From a virus (Duplodnaviria; Caudoviricetes): a stretch of 64,000 nucleotides of DNA. Shown piece after piece: positions 35,903 through 45,445 of the stretch. Position 1 is the first letter of the stretch, and every line of letters begins with the position of its first letter. The stretch lies in the IMG/VR virus record IMGVR_UViG_3300023055_000005; one strand, written 5' to 3'. The position numbers and the translations under genes are program-made. The notes beneath the pieces are model-generated. The model saw only the letters and a program-made list of their open reading frames with translations, did not search any database and was not told where the DNA came from.

Positions 35903-36289
35903 ATGTCCAAGAATACCCCCGTCCGTGACGTCAACACCGCTGTCAACCTGCTCCGCGCCGCTGCCCTGGCCAACATCAACGGCGAGCTGCTGCCGAAGCT
36001 GATCAAGGATCTGTCCGAGAACGACTCGGTGACCGTCTCCGGCAACCTGATCGACCGCGCCACCTTCGATGCCGCCATGGGCGAAATCAACGCATCGCTG
36101 ATGCTGACCGACGGCCACGCCGCCGGCCTGGAAGCCTACACCGGCGAAGCCGCTGAAGAAGGCATGGGCTGGGTCGGCAAGACCATGATCGCTGGCGTTG
36201 TCGTCGGTGGTCTGGCCGGTCTGGCCTACTGGTACTTCAACCGCGACGGTGCCGTCGACGGCGCGCTGTTCGGTGGCCGCGGCTACTAA
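35903..36289 (+). CDS. Tail-anchored membrane protein, probably early
   Basis: AAGGAG Shine-Dalgarno; C-terminal TM MIAGVVVGGLAGLAYWYF; own promoter and terminator. Confidence 0.8.
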   Translation: MSKNTPVRDVNTAVNLLRAAALANINGELLPKLIKDLSENDSVTVSGNLIDRATFDAAMGEINASLMLTDGHAAGLEAYTGEAAEEGMGWVGKTMIAGVVVGGLAGLAYWYFNRDGAVDGALFGGRGY

Positions 36290-36304
36290 GCCGATTGCCA
36301 GCCG

Positions 36305-36360
36305 GACATAGTCTCCACTCCCCTACGGGGGAGTGGAGCTACAGGTAGTCTTTTTTTTGT
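36305..36360 (+). terminator. Hairpin terminator
   Basis: CTCCACTCCC-CTACG-GGGGAGTGGAG, then a T tract. Confidence 0.7.
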
Positions 36361-36394
36361 CGATGTTATGACCCACGCCTAGAAAGAGGCTGAC

Positions 36395-38104
36395 ATGCCC
36401 AGCGGTTCCATCACGATCGACGAGACCTACGACAGCATCAGCCGTCCTGTGGTTTATGATGTCGTCCGCCAGATCCAGAAGCTCACGGGCGCTCCGATCG
36501 GCACCACCATTCAGTACATCGGTGTATCCGGTGCAAGCTACATGAATGGCTCGACCCTGACTCCAGCCGAAGAGTTCAACACCTTCTCCCATGCAAACAA
36601 GATGCGTGTGGAAGTGGTGGAGGACGTGGACGAGCGTTCATTCCTGACCATGAACACGCACCAGAAAAATGCCATCGCAATCTTCAGCGATCAGACATTG
36701 GGTGTGTTGGTGTATCCGATCTACTCGGCTACCATGGCCAAGATCAACTTCCAGTTCCGTGCAGAGAATGCCACCATCGCCGAACGCTTCCGTAATGACC
36801 TGCGCATGCGCACGGCCAAGGGGCGGATGGAAAACCTGCACGTCATCGACTACAGCTACTCCTTCCCCAAAGAGTTCCAGTACATCCTTTCCCGTATCTA
36901 CGATCTGCGCGAGACGCAGGCTGGCTACGGACAGGAGTTCGAGGAGTATCTGGAAGAGCACGGCACCAACAAGCTGACTGTGGTCGTCAATCAGGCTGGT
37001 GAACAACCGCGCTTGGTGATTGCCGAACAGCAGATTCAGGTGCAGGGCTGGTTCGAGTTCTCCGCGTTGCCCGATCATCCCACCAAGGATGGTGAAGCCT
37101 CTGCGGTGCAGTTCGACTTCAGCTACGTCTTCCAGTACGACAAGGTCACCGGTGCTCACATCGAGTACCCGATGGTCGTGCACAACAGCGTGATCCCTGA
37201 GGACATTCGTCCTGACATCAGTGAGGGCATCTACTCGCCCACTCAGCACAACCGAGCTCAGTCGTTTGACACGCTGGCGCTGGAGCAGTTCAGCAAACTG
37301 TTCCGTCCTGAAGGTTGCTGCTTGGATGGCGTGGTGTTGCCCAACTTCGATGACTGGGTTCCGCGTCGTGTTCCGCTGGATACTTCTTCGATCCTCACGC
37401 TGATGATCGCAGCCAGTCCTGAGTCCGACCGCAACCTGGGTAACCTGAACGAACTGGGTTACTGGAAGATCGACGAAGACCTCATGGCCTTCATGATCGC
37501 TGAGCGTCGCCACATTCCCTTCCTCGGCAAGTCGCTGGTACACATGTGCCTGTTTGAGGGCAACATGCCTCTGACCGATGGGGCCGTGTCACTGGAGGAG
37601 GATGGCTGCGCTATCAAGCGGCTGGAGATCGACATGCGCAAGGTCTACCACCTGCGTCTGTCCATGGTCAACCAGTTGCAGCGCATCGCTCCGGAAGATT
37701 GGAACCGCATGCGTAAGCATGGCAAGGCTGTGGTCAAGCTGCTCACCCAGATCCAGTGCGGCTTTGCTAGCGGTGCGTGGATTCCTGAGCTGCTGCCCAA
37801 TGGCTCGGTTGCCATGCGTGACATCGAGATCATCATCAAGCGCGTGCAGTTGCAGCGCGGCAATCACTTCAACGGCGTGGAGCACGTAATGCTCACCGTT
37901 GGCAACTACACGCTTGTAACCTGGAGAAAAGAAGATGTCCTTCGTAACGGGACCGAATCCGGAGAAAGCTCCTCCGAAACCGACCCTTCAAAAGACTGGG
38001 GCAGTCGTGACGAATCCCGAGTATCGCGGTGTGACGGTGAATACCCGACACGTCCCGAGCTCTTCCCTGCTGACCTACGTCAGCGGCCAAAGCTGGATCG
38101 TTGA
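36395..38104 (+). CDS. Virion structural protein (phiKZ gp98-like position)
   Basis: 569 aa; GAGG Shine-Dalgarno; structural cluster; last ~55 codons overlap the next gene. Confidence 0.75.
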   Translation: MPSGSITIDETYDSISRPVVYDVVRQIQKLTGAPIGTTIQYIGVSGASYMNGSTLTPAEEFNTFSHANKMRVEVVEDVDERSFLTMNTHQKNAIAIFSDQTLGVLVYPIYSATMAKINFQFRAENATIAERFRNDLRMRTAKGRMENLHVIDYSYSFPKEFQYILSRIYDLRETQAGYGQEFEEYLEEHGTNKLTVVVNQAGEQPRLVIAEQQIQVQGWFEFSALPDHPTKDGEASAVQFDFSYVFQYDKVTGAHIEYPMVVHNSVIPEDIRPDISEGIYSPTQHNRAQSFDTLALEQFSKLFRPEGCCLDGVVLPNFDDWVPRRVPLDTSSILTLMIAASPESDRNLGNLNELGYWKIDEDLMAFMIAERRHIPFLGKSLVHMCLFEGNMPLTDGAVSLEEDGCAIKRLEIDMRKVYHLRLSMVNQLQRIAPEDWNRMRKHGKAVVKLLTQIQCGFASGAWIPELLPNGSVAMRDIEIIIKRVQLQRGNHFNGVEHVMLTVGNYTLVTWRKEDVLRNGTESGESSSETDPSKDWGSRDESRVSRCDGEYPTRPELFPADLRQRPKLDR

Positions 38105-39341
38105 CTACTACAGTCAGATCCTGGATCGTGACAACGCCACCAGCGGCCAGCAGCGCGGCAAGCCTGCCGACCAGCAGCCGTACCGTCTGATCAAGGGGCT
38201 GGAGCTTCGTGTCTCCAGCGCCTTCAACGATGGCCAGACGCAGGAAGTGGACACCAAGTCCATGCAGGTGCGTGGCTCGGCAACGATCTACCCCTGCCTG
38301 ATTCCCAACGTCGGTGACATGTTCATTGCTGACGTCGGCGATGGTCGCGAGGCAGTGCTGCAGGTCACGCAGGCAGAGCGCAAGACGATCTTCAAGGACA
38401 CGGTTCACACGATCGAGTACGAGGTCGTCTCTTACAACGACCCCGGTCGTCGTGAGGACTTCCGTCGCAAGACGACGGTGACCTATCACTTCGTCCGCGA
38501 CTTCCTGCATCACGGCCAGAGCCCGCTCATCATCGATGAGCTGTACAACAACCAGCGCAACATGATCCAGCTGTATCAGGATCTGGTGGGTTCGTACTTC
38601 CGTGACTTCTTCAGTCACGATCTGGATACGCTCATCGTCCCGGATCAGACCGGCATCACCTACGACCCGTTCATGGTGCGCTTCGTCAGTCAGTGCTTCG
38701 AGGCTGGCGAGAACCCGTTCCGCGCACGCATGCGTTCGTTGAACGTTGGTGGCGATCGTGCCATGAGCCAGCTCACCGTGCTCGATGCCATCGCTGCCCT
38801 CAATGGCCGTATCCTGCCCACCGCAGTCTACAAGATGCAGTTGGTGGATACGAGCCGGTTCAGGGAGCACGTGGTCTACAACGGCATCTTCTTCACCAAG
38901 GTGCGCGATGTGGTGTTCCCCGCCGAAGTCCGTACCGACGTGGATGCCAACTACACCCGCAACAACGTGGTGGCAGGCTCCAACAGTTCCTTGCAGCGCT
39001 CCGGCGCTCGCGTCAAGGATATCCGCCGTCTCATCCGCACAATGGAAGTGCCCTCGCTGCTCGATCTGGGCACGGCTCCTGACCACCTGCCTGACATCAA
39101 TCGGGTGGCTGACTCGGAGTACTACATCTTCACCGAGAAGTTCTACCACTCCCGTAGTGGCTTGCGCTCGACGAAGATGGAGATCGAGGTGCACAAGCTG
39201 TTGAGCGGTCAGCCGATGGACACCTCGGTGTTGGTGAAGATGGCTTCTGAATGCGGCTACTGGGATAACCTGGAGCGATTCTACTTCATCCCCATCCTGT
39301 GCGTCCTCTTGAAAATTGCATACAGGTCCAATCCATCATGA
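37935..39341 (+). CDS. Virion structural protein (phiKZ gp99-like position)
   Basis: GGAG Shine-Dalgarno; LLTYVSGQSWIVDYYSQ, IPNVGDMFIADVGDGR. Confidence 0.78.
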   Translation: MSFVTGPNPEKAPPKPTLQKTGAVVTNPEYRGVTVNTRHVPSSSLLTYVSGQSWIVDYYSQILDRDNATSGQQRGKPADQQPYRLIKGLELRVSSAFNDGQTQEVDTKSMQVRGSATIYPCLIPNVGDMFIADVGDGREAVLQVTQAERKTIFKDTVHTIEYEVVSYNDPGRREDFRRKTTVTYHFVRDFLHHGQSPLIIDELYNNQRNMIQLYQDLVGSYFRDFFSHDLDTLIVPDQTGITYDPFMVRFVSQCFEAGENPFRARMRSLNVGGDRAMSQLTVLDAIAALNGRILPTAVYKMQLVDTSRFREHVVYNGIFFTKVRDVVFPAEVRTDVDANYTRNNVVAGSNSSLQRSGARVKDIRRLIRTMEVPSLLDLGTAPDHLPDINRVADSEYYIFTEKFYHSRSGLRSTKMEIEVHKLLSGQPMDTSVLVKMASECGYWDNLERFYFIPILCVLLKIAYRSNPS

Positions 39342-39949
39342 GCTTCCTTCCGCCCGATCCCGTAAAGGTTTTCCGTCCCCGTCAGAAGGCTGCAGACAAG
39401 AGTGTGGCGCAGAAGCTGTTCGACTTCCGCTACACTACCCAAATCTCCAAAGTCCATTTGATCTCGGAAAAGGAGATTGCGCAGTTCGGCACCGTCTCCA
39501 CGGGCGACAAGGCAGTAGACAAGGCGATGGCCAACGAGATCGTCAACGCTCGTCTGACCGCTCCGCAGATGGCAGAGTTCCTGGATGAGGACATCACCTT
39601 CGCCTTGGTCAACACCAAGGACAGTGTGGAGATCTTCAGGCACTTGATGGAGCTGTTGAACGACTGGGCCAATCGGGCAACCGAAGAGCTGCAGAGCGTG
39701 ACCGTTCCGCTGGAAGAGTTGGCCAAGCTGGAGAAGCTGGCCGCTCACATGTACCAGAGTGCAAAGTTCTGGATCGCCAAGGGTGAGTACGGCAACGACC
39801 TGATGCATCGCCTGTCGATGTTCGGTTCTCGTCGCCGTCGCCATCTGAGCAACATCGGCGAACCCAAGCGCGCTGTCATCCGTGAGAGCGCAGGGATCAA
39901 GATCGTCGAAGGTATCCAGCGCTCGCTCGCTGAGCGGGAAGAATACTGA
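39338..39949 (+). CDS. Conserved protein (phiKZ gp100-like position)
   Basis: ATGA overlap with the upstream stop. Confidence 0.75.
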   Translation: MSFLPPDPVKVFRPRQKAADKSVAQKLFDFRYTTQISKVHLISEKEIAQFGTVSTGDKAVDKAMANEIVNARLTAPQMAEFLDEDITFALVNTKDSVEIFRHLMELLNDWANRATEELQSVTVPLEELAKLEKLAAHMYQSAKFWIAKGEYGNDLMHRLSMFGSRRRRHLSNIGEPKRAVIRESAGIKIVEGIQRSLAEREEY

Positions 39950-41325
39950 TGGCAAAGACAATCCGCGAATCCCCGCTCTGGGATGAGATCCAGGACGTCA
40001 TGAACGAAGGCTCCAAGGCAATCCAGTATCACTGGACTGCTGTGCTGCGAGCCAAGGAGATTGAGTACGACACCATCTGTGTGCTCAACATCGACAACGA
40101 CCGTCACTTCCACGGACGCTTTGCTGATCACATGTTCGTTGAGCTGGCCGTTCAGCCGGGTACGTTCTACGCTGACATCTTCCCGCACAACGACACGCTT
40201 GAGATGATTCTCACCCGTACGCCCAAGTTCATTGCAGGTTCGACCGAGACGCCGGATGAAGCACCGATGGTGCAGACCTACCGGGCCAGTATCGTCAACC
40301 CGAAGAATCCCTTGGTCACCATGAAGCAGGACTTTGGTGACAACAAGGAAGCGATGAATCTGTCCGACGTGGCCCGCGTGACGTTCCAGGTCTTTGACCA
40401 TGCGCTGGAACAGCTGATGATGAAGACCGTCAACCAGGGCGCGACTCGTTCTCGCCCCGGTGGATTGGCTCGCTGGATTCTCACCAACCTCAGTAAGGAC
40501 ATTGAGGTCGATGACGAATACAAGATCACCGGCGTGAGCATCGTGGACTACTCCAACCAAGAGGCTCGTCCTCTGGTGATGGTGCCTGCCGGTACGCGCT
40601 TCGTCGATGCGCCGCTGTATATCCACGAGCATCAGGGTGGGATCTACTCTGCGGGCTTTGGGTACTACCTGCATGGACGCAGCTGGTACATGTACCCTTC
40701 CTACGACGTGACACGCTTCAACACGGCCCGTCCGAAGCTTACGGTCATCGCAGTACCTGCCGACAAGCTGCCGGGCGTAGAGCGCACCTACCTGCGCGAC
40801 AACACGCATACCACCATCATCGCAACCGGTGGCATCGAGTACATGGATCCAACGGAAGGCCAGAAGCTCTCTGATGGTAACGGTGTCCGCTACAACGACA
40901 GCCGTAACGTCATGGAAGCCTATGGTGAAGTGGAGGGCAACAAGCTCAGTGTCGACAACTCGCTCAACACGACCGAGTACGTCACCGAGCAGCGTGCCAA
41001 TGGGCTGAACAACGTCCAGAGTGGTGCGCGTAAGTTCACCTCCAATCCGTTCGTCGAGTCCTCGTTGCTGGCCAAGCGCAATGGTGCGTATGTACAGGTG
41101 GTCTGGGAGAACAGCTCGGTTGACATGATCGAGCCGAACATGCCAGTGCGCTACATGTACGTGCAGGGCGGAGACGTGAAGGAAGCCTTTGGTACGCTGG
41201 CACATGCTCGGATGCTCGTCAATCCCACCCAGCAGGGCGTGACGTTCGCCACTCATGTCCAGAAGACCATCTTGACGATCTTCATCGGCTCCAAGTTGGA
41301 CTGGGCTCAGGTATCCAATGAATGA
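39949..41325 (+). CDS. Virion structural protein (phiKZ gp101-like; tail/baseplate hub candidate)
   Basis: TGATG coupling; 458 aa; QGGIYSAGFGYY. Confidence 0.75.
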   Translation: MAKTIRESPLWDEIQDVMNEGSKAIQYHWTAVLRAKEIEYDTICVLNIDNDRHFHGRFADHMFVELAVQPGTFYADIFPHNDTLEMILTRTPKFIAGSTETPDEAPMVQTYRASIVNPKNPLVTMKQDFGDNKEAMNLSDVARVTFQVFDHALEQLMMKTVNQGATRSRPGGLARWILTNLSKDIEVDDEYKITGVSIVDYSNQEARPLVMVPAGTRFVDAPLYIHEHQGGIYSAGFGYYLHGRSWYMYPSYDVTRFNTARPKLTVIAVPADKLPGVERTYLRDNTHTTIIATGGIEYMDPTEGQKLSDGNGVRYNDSRNVMEAYGEVEGNKLSVDNSLNTTEYVTEQRANGLNNVQSGARKFTSNPFVESSLLAKRNGAYVQVVWENSSVDMIEPNMPVRYMYVQGGDVKEAFGTLAHARMLVNPTQQGVTFATHVQKTILTIFIGSKLDWAQVSNE

Positions 41326-41360
41326 CATAAGGGAGGGGCCTAGCGCCCCTCCCAATATGC
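41325..41360 (+). terminator. CATA-hairpin-TATG element
   Basis: GACATAA-GGGAGGGGC-CTAGC-GCCCCTCCC-AATATGC. Confidence 0.65.
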
Positions 41361-41365
41361 GCTGT

Positions 41366-41398
41366 AAAAAAGATTTGACCGTACACTATCCAATTGAG
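41366..41398 (+). promoter_or_regulatory. Phage promoter motif, variant class
   Basis: AAAAAAGATTTGACCGTACACTATCCAATTGAG, similar to 16137-16169. Confidence 0.45.
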
Positions 41399-41427
41399 GC
41401 AACACTTCATTCAACAGGGGGAAAGAA

Positions 41428-41922
41428 ATGGCTTTTCGACGTTATCGCATGAAACCGGGTGAAATTGGTCCTTCGCGCCGGGTGACTTACATGAGCATCC
41501 AGAACATGGCCCTGCTCGGTACGCCTTCGGTGGTCATTTCCATCGGCGGCAAGTACGACAGCTGGCCCACCTTCAAGGTCGAGCACAAGGAAGTTCTGCG
41601 TCTGAACTTCGGCATCTCCAGCAACACCTTCGATCCGCACTTCGATGAAGCGATGGCCAAGCAGGTCGTGGAACTGATGGAGCGCTGGCCGGCAGAAGAC
41701 ATCATGATCCACTGCGGCGAAGGTCGCATCCGTTCCTCCTCCCTGGCCCGAGGGATCGAGTACTTCAGTCAGGGCGATATCATGGTCGATGTTGACCACC
41801 CGCTGTGCTCGCGTCACATGAACCAGGAAGATCGTCAGATCGTCAGGACCATGGGACTGTACGAACACACCCCCAGTACCGACAAGGAAAGTGAAGATGC
41901 GCAATCCGGTAACGTACAGTAA
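41428..41922 (+). CDS. Protein-tyrosine/dual-specificity-like phosphatase
   Basis: P-loop IHCGEGRIRS (HCX5RS). Confidence 0.75.
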   Translation: MAFRRYRMKPGEIGPSRRVTYMSIQNMALLGTPSVVISIGGKYDSWPTFKVEHKEVLRLNFGISSNTFDPHFDEAMAKQVVELMERWPAEDIMIHCGEGRIRSSSLARGIEYFSQGDIMVDVDHPLCSRHMNQEDRQIVRTMGLYEHTPSTDKESEDAQSGNVQ

Positions 41923-42622
41923 CAGTCGGCGTGTGGCCGCTTACTCGGCGGCTCTGTTCCGAGCTCTGGGTAAGCGCATTGCTACCTTCGCATCGGCGGA
42001 GGATCCCAACATCGTCTTCAGTGTCGTGGGTGCTCAGGGTGCTGAGCAGTCCATACCTCCGGTCGGCATCGATCTGGATCAGACGCTGCTGGTCCCGGTC
42101 CCGTATGCGGAAGTGGACCCCAACCTGCGGGTGATCTTCGCAGCGCAGGACGACGATGGCATCGGTGTTGGCAATGAGCTGCCCTGGCATGTGCGTGAAG
42201 ACCTGCTGCACTTCAAGGCGGCTACCATCGGCTGTCCGGTGATCATGGGCCTGCAGACCTTCAAGTCGCTTCCGCCCAAGGGCCTGCCCAATCGCCACAT
42301 CATCGTGGTGTCCAGTACGCTGGACTACGTTGTCGGCCAGACCTTCGATCTGGTCCGCAGCCTCGATGAAGCGATCGCTCGTGCACGGCACATCACCGAT
42401 AGCGAGTACTACGTCATCGGTGGTACGCGCCTGTTCGAAGAAGCGATCCGCAAGGCTTCTCAGGTTCACGCCACGGCAATCCATCATGACCTGAACAAGT
42501 TGTGCGACACCTACATTCCCTACGTCTGGGAGCGGCTGGAGTCGGACTACTTCCTCATGGACAAGTTCGTCCAACATGAGCAGTGCACGATCAAGATCTT
42601 CCGTCGGGTGCGTAACCCGTAA
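41897..42622 (+). CDS. folA: Dihydrofolate reductase with N-terminal extension
   Basis: GIGVGNELPWHVREDLLHFK, PVIMG..TFKSL, GLPNRHIIVVS, VIGG, CDTY. Confidence 0.9.
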   Translation: MRNPVTYSNSRRVAAYSAALFRALGKRIATFASAEDPNIVFSVVGAQGAEQSIPPVGIDLDQTLLVPVPYAEVDPNLRVIFAAQDDDGIGVGNELPWHVREDLLHFKAATIGCPVIMGLQTFKSLPPKGLPNRHIIVVSSTLDYVVGQTFDLVRSLDEAIARARHITDSEYYVIGGTRLFEEAIRKASQVHATAIHHDLNKLCDTYIPYVWERLESDYFLMDKFVQHEQCTIKIFRRVRNP

Positions 42623-42667
42623 GCCTCTGCAGAGCCATCCTATGCCTTAACCACAAAGGGTATAACG

Positions 42668-43549
42668 ATGGCTCTGCTCCTCCGTAAGGGCGACTCCTCC
42701 TCGGCGGTCGCCGCAGTCCAGAAAGCTCTGGGCATCAAAGACGATGGTATCTTCGGTCCCGGCACCGAAGCTGCTGTCAAGAAGTTCCAGGCTTCCAAGG
42801 GTCTGGCGGCTGACGGTCTCGTCGGCCCCGGTACTTTCGCAGCCCTGGGTCTGGCTCCCGAACCTGCCCGCAAGAAGCTCGTCGAGCAGGACTTCATCGA
42901 CGCAGCCAAGCTGCTGAGCAAGCCGAACAAGCCGTGCCTGGTCAATGCCATCAAGGCAGTGGCTCAGGTGGAATCGGCCGGTGATGCTTTCGGTGCCAAC
43001 GGCCTGCCGGTGATCCTGTGGGAACGCCACAAGTTCGACAAGTACCTGGTCGAGATCGGCAAGCCCGGCGTGCCGCGTGCGGAGATGATCGCCCTGCGCG
43101 ACAATCTGCGTGCTACCCAGCCCGAGCTGTGCCTGAACGTCGGCAAGGTCTACCGCTCGACCTACAACAAGAACCCCGCCAAGTACAAGCCCACCGATCT
43201 GTATTCGGGTGGCGCTGCCGAATGGGCGTTCATGGAACGTGGTCGTAAGTACAGCGACACCGCTGCACTGATGTCGGCCTCCTTCGGCATGTTCCAGATC
43301 ATGGGGTTCAACTACCAGCTGGCCGGATTCACCTCCGTGCAGGCTTTCGCTGAAGCCATGAAGATCGGCGAGCGTGAGCACCTGCTGGCCTTCGTGAACT
43401 TCATCAAGTCCAACGCAGCACTGTGGAACGCACTGCTGGCACTGGACTGGGAAGAGTTCGCACGCCTGTACAACGGCGCCGGCTACAAGCAGTTCGCTTA
43501 CCACACCCGCATGGGTGATGCGTTCAAGACGCTCAACAACAAGAAGTAA
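42668..43549 (+). CDS. Modular endolysin: PG-binding domain plus DUF3380-type N-acetylmuramidase
   Basis: LLRKGDSSSAVAAVQKALG...DGIFGPGTEAAVKKFQ...DGLVGPGT; AVAQVES, ILWERHKF, SASFGMFQIMGFNY, FARLYNG. Confidence 0.92.
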   Translation: MALLLRKGDSSSAVAAVQKALGIKDDGIFGPGTEAAVKKFQASKGLAADGLVGPGTFAALGLAPEPARKKLVEQDFIDAAKLLSKPNKPCLVNAIKAVAQVESAGDAFGANGLPVILWERHKFDKYLVEIGKPGVPRAEMIALRDNLRATQPELCLNVGKVYRSTYNKNPAKYKPTDLYSGGAAEWAFMERGRKYSDTAALMSASFGMFQIMGFNYQLAGFTSVQAFAEAMKIGEREHLLAFVNFIKSNAALWNALLALDWEEFARLYNGAGYKQFAYHTRMGDAFKTLNNKK

Positions 43550-43552
43550 AAG

Positions 43553-43586
43553 TCATGGGAGAGGGGGCAACCTCTCTCCTATGCCG
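43553..43586 (+). terminator. Hairpin followed by TATGCC
   Basis: GGGAGAGG-GGGCAA-CCTCTCTCC-TATGCCG. Confidence 0.6.
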
Positions 43587-43607
43587 TAAACCTAATGGAG
43601 AAGTACG

Positions 43608-44012
43608 ATGCACGAGATTGTAGTAGGCACCGCTTCGGAGGTGCGGCATATCAGAAAGACCTTAGCTCGACTGAGGCTTCCCGTCCACGAGATTGACGAG
43701 TTCGTGACTGGGATACTTCACTTTGTCGGGGAGATTATCTTCCACACCTTTGCAGACGGGGTAGTTCTATCAGACTACTTTGAGGAGACTGTACAGGAGG
43801 CGTTGTTTGAAGCCTTCCGTGACAGCAACTTCAACGAGGTGATTACCGATGACCAACTGATGTCGTGGACGCGTAGCTTGTATTACATGGTCGCGCCTGC
43901 CCTTGTCGAGATGCGTACCGGAGATGGGTACATTATCTCAGGGGTTGGGTTCTCGCGAACATTTGGCGATGATGCTGTTTACTTCTATGAAGAGACAAGG
44001 CTTCGTCGTTAG
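43608..44012 (+). CDS. Hypothetical protein
   Basis: GGAG Shine-Dalgarno; more AT-rich codon usage than neighbours. Confidence 0.7.
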   Translation: MHEIVVGTASEVRHIRKTLARLRLPVHEIDEFVTGILHFVGEIIFHTFADGVVLSDYFEETVQEALFEAFRDSNFNEVITDDQLMSWTRSLYYMVAPALVEMRTGDGYIISGVGFSRTFGDDAVYFYEETRLRR

Positions 44013-44067
44013 CGTAAAAACAAACACGTATTCACGATCATTTGAACAACTCCTCGGATAACCGACT

Positions 44068-44391
44068 ATGCACGCACAACCGATGATGACCGAGGACGAC
44101 AAGATCCTCAAGTTGCCCGAAGACCAGCCGTTGGGCAACCGGGCCTTCTCGCTTCGTTTCATCGTGAAAGACGCCACCACCGAAAGTCAGCATGCACTGG
44201 CACGCTCCTGCATCTTGGAGAACGCCCTGCTGTGCGACAGCCGCTTCAGTCACCTGAGCGTGCTTCCGGTGGAGTTCATCCAGCCGTTGGTCAACGTCTG
44301 GCGTGAAGAGAACAGTGGTCACGCGCGTCTGCGTTACCTGTTCGAATCCAAGCGTCCCCGCCGAAAGTTCCACAAGAAGAAACGCGGCTAA
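44068..44391 (+). CDS. Hypothetical protein with basic C-terminus
   Basis: 107 aa; ends KRPRRKFHKKKRG. Confidence 0.65.
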   Translation: MHAQPMMTEDDKILKLPEDQPLGNRAFSLRFIVKDATTESQHALARSCILENALLCDSRFSHLSVLPVEFIQPLVNVWREENSGHARLRYLFESKRPRRKFHKKKRG

Positions 44392-44421
44392 TCCCCGCAA
44401 AAAAAAAACTACCACAAGGAA

Positions 44422-44700
44422 ATGTACGAAATGCGCAAGAAGATCCTGACGTCGGCCATCGAGCATGTGCTGGGCGAACAGCACCTGAAGTATCAGCAGG
44501 AACTGCACCTGCAGAACATCCGCCGTATGGCAGAAGAGCGCGCAACCAAGCGCCTGAAGCAGGCTGGTGGCAAGCTGAACTACACCGCGGTGCCGTTCAA
44601 GCCGGCGGCTGAAGCCATCTACGCCGGTGATCCGGAACTGCTGGCCGAAGTCAACACCATCATCTCCAGCAACCTGGTCGCCGCTGCACTGGCGCATTAA
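44422..44700 (+). CDS. Hypothetical protein
   Basis: AAGGA Shine-Dalgarno; strong codon bias. Confidence 0.75.
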   Translation: MYEMRKKILTSAIEHVLGEQHLKYQQELHLQNIRRMAEERATKRLKQAGGKLNYTAVPFKPAAEAIYAGDPELLAEVNTIISSNLVAAALAH

Positions 44701-44743
44701 TCGTCAGAGGGAGGGCGTTGGCCCTCCCTCTATGGAGTTACAC

Positions 44744-45445
44744 ATGGGTAAGAATTACCGCAATGGCCGACTGATTGCCATCGAAGGTGGTGATGCAGTT
44801 GGCAAGGGGACCGTACTGACGAAGTTGGTCGGCTACCTCGAAGATCGCGAAATCCCGTACGCAGTGGCCAGTTCGTGGACCAGTACGCAGCTGGGCCGTG
44901 AGATCTACCCGATCATCACTGACTCCGGTCTGGGTCTCAATCCGTTCCTGCGCGCATCTCTGGCGCTGACGGTGCACCGCTCGATCTGGGATGAGATCAC
45001 CAAGCCTGCGTTGCAAGCAGGCAAGCTGGTGCTGATGGATCGCTCCTACCTGAGCACGCTGGTCTACCAGTGCAAGCTGGAAGGTTGTCCGCGCGATGAG
45101 TTCGAACGTCTGCGCGAGCTGATCCTGCCCTCGGGTATCCCTGACCTCACCCTGTTGCTGTGCTGCAATGTGTCCACCTCCCTGGAACGCATCGCTGCTC
45201 GTACCGGCAAGATGGATCGGATGGATACCAAAGACCCGGTCAAGATCGCTGCCATCCGTCAGCACTATATCGAAGCGGCCCGTCAGGAGACGCGCAACCG
45301 CGTGGCTATCCTCGACACGGACTGTGGTCCAGAGATGGTCCTCAACCGCGCACTGACCCTGCTGCAACAGGCAGGCATTCTGTGTCAGGTGGAGGATGAG
45401 TATCTGGTGGCAAGTGGTGCTGGCATCAGGGGGTTCTCGCTGTGA
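44744..45445 (+). CDS. tmk: Thymidylate kinase
   Basis: LIAIEGGDAVGKGT P-loop, LVLMDRSYLSTLVYQ, PDLTLLL; GGAG Shine-Dalgarno before ATG 44744. Confidence 0.88.
   Translation: MGKNYRNGRLIAIEGGDAVGKGTVLTKLVGYLEDREIPYAVASSWTSTQLGREIYPIITDSGLGLNPFLRASLALTVHRSIWDEITKPALQAGKLVLMDRSYLSTLVYQCKLEGCPRDEFERLRELILPSGIPDLTLLLCCNVSTSLERIAARTGKMDRMDTKDPVKIAAIRQHYIEAARQETRNRVAILDTDCGPEMVLNRALTLLQQAGILCQVEDEYLVASGAGIRGFSL

Noticed and set aside
37915-37940. Frameshift linking the gp98-like and gp99-like genes
   Set aside because: The downstream gene has its own GGAG and ATG, and there is no canonical slippery heptamer.
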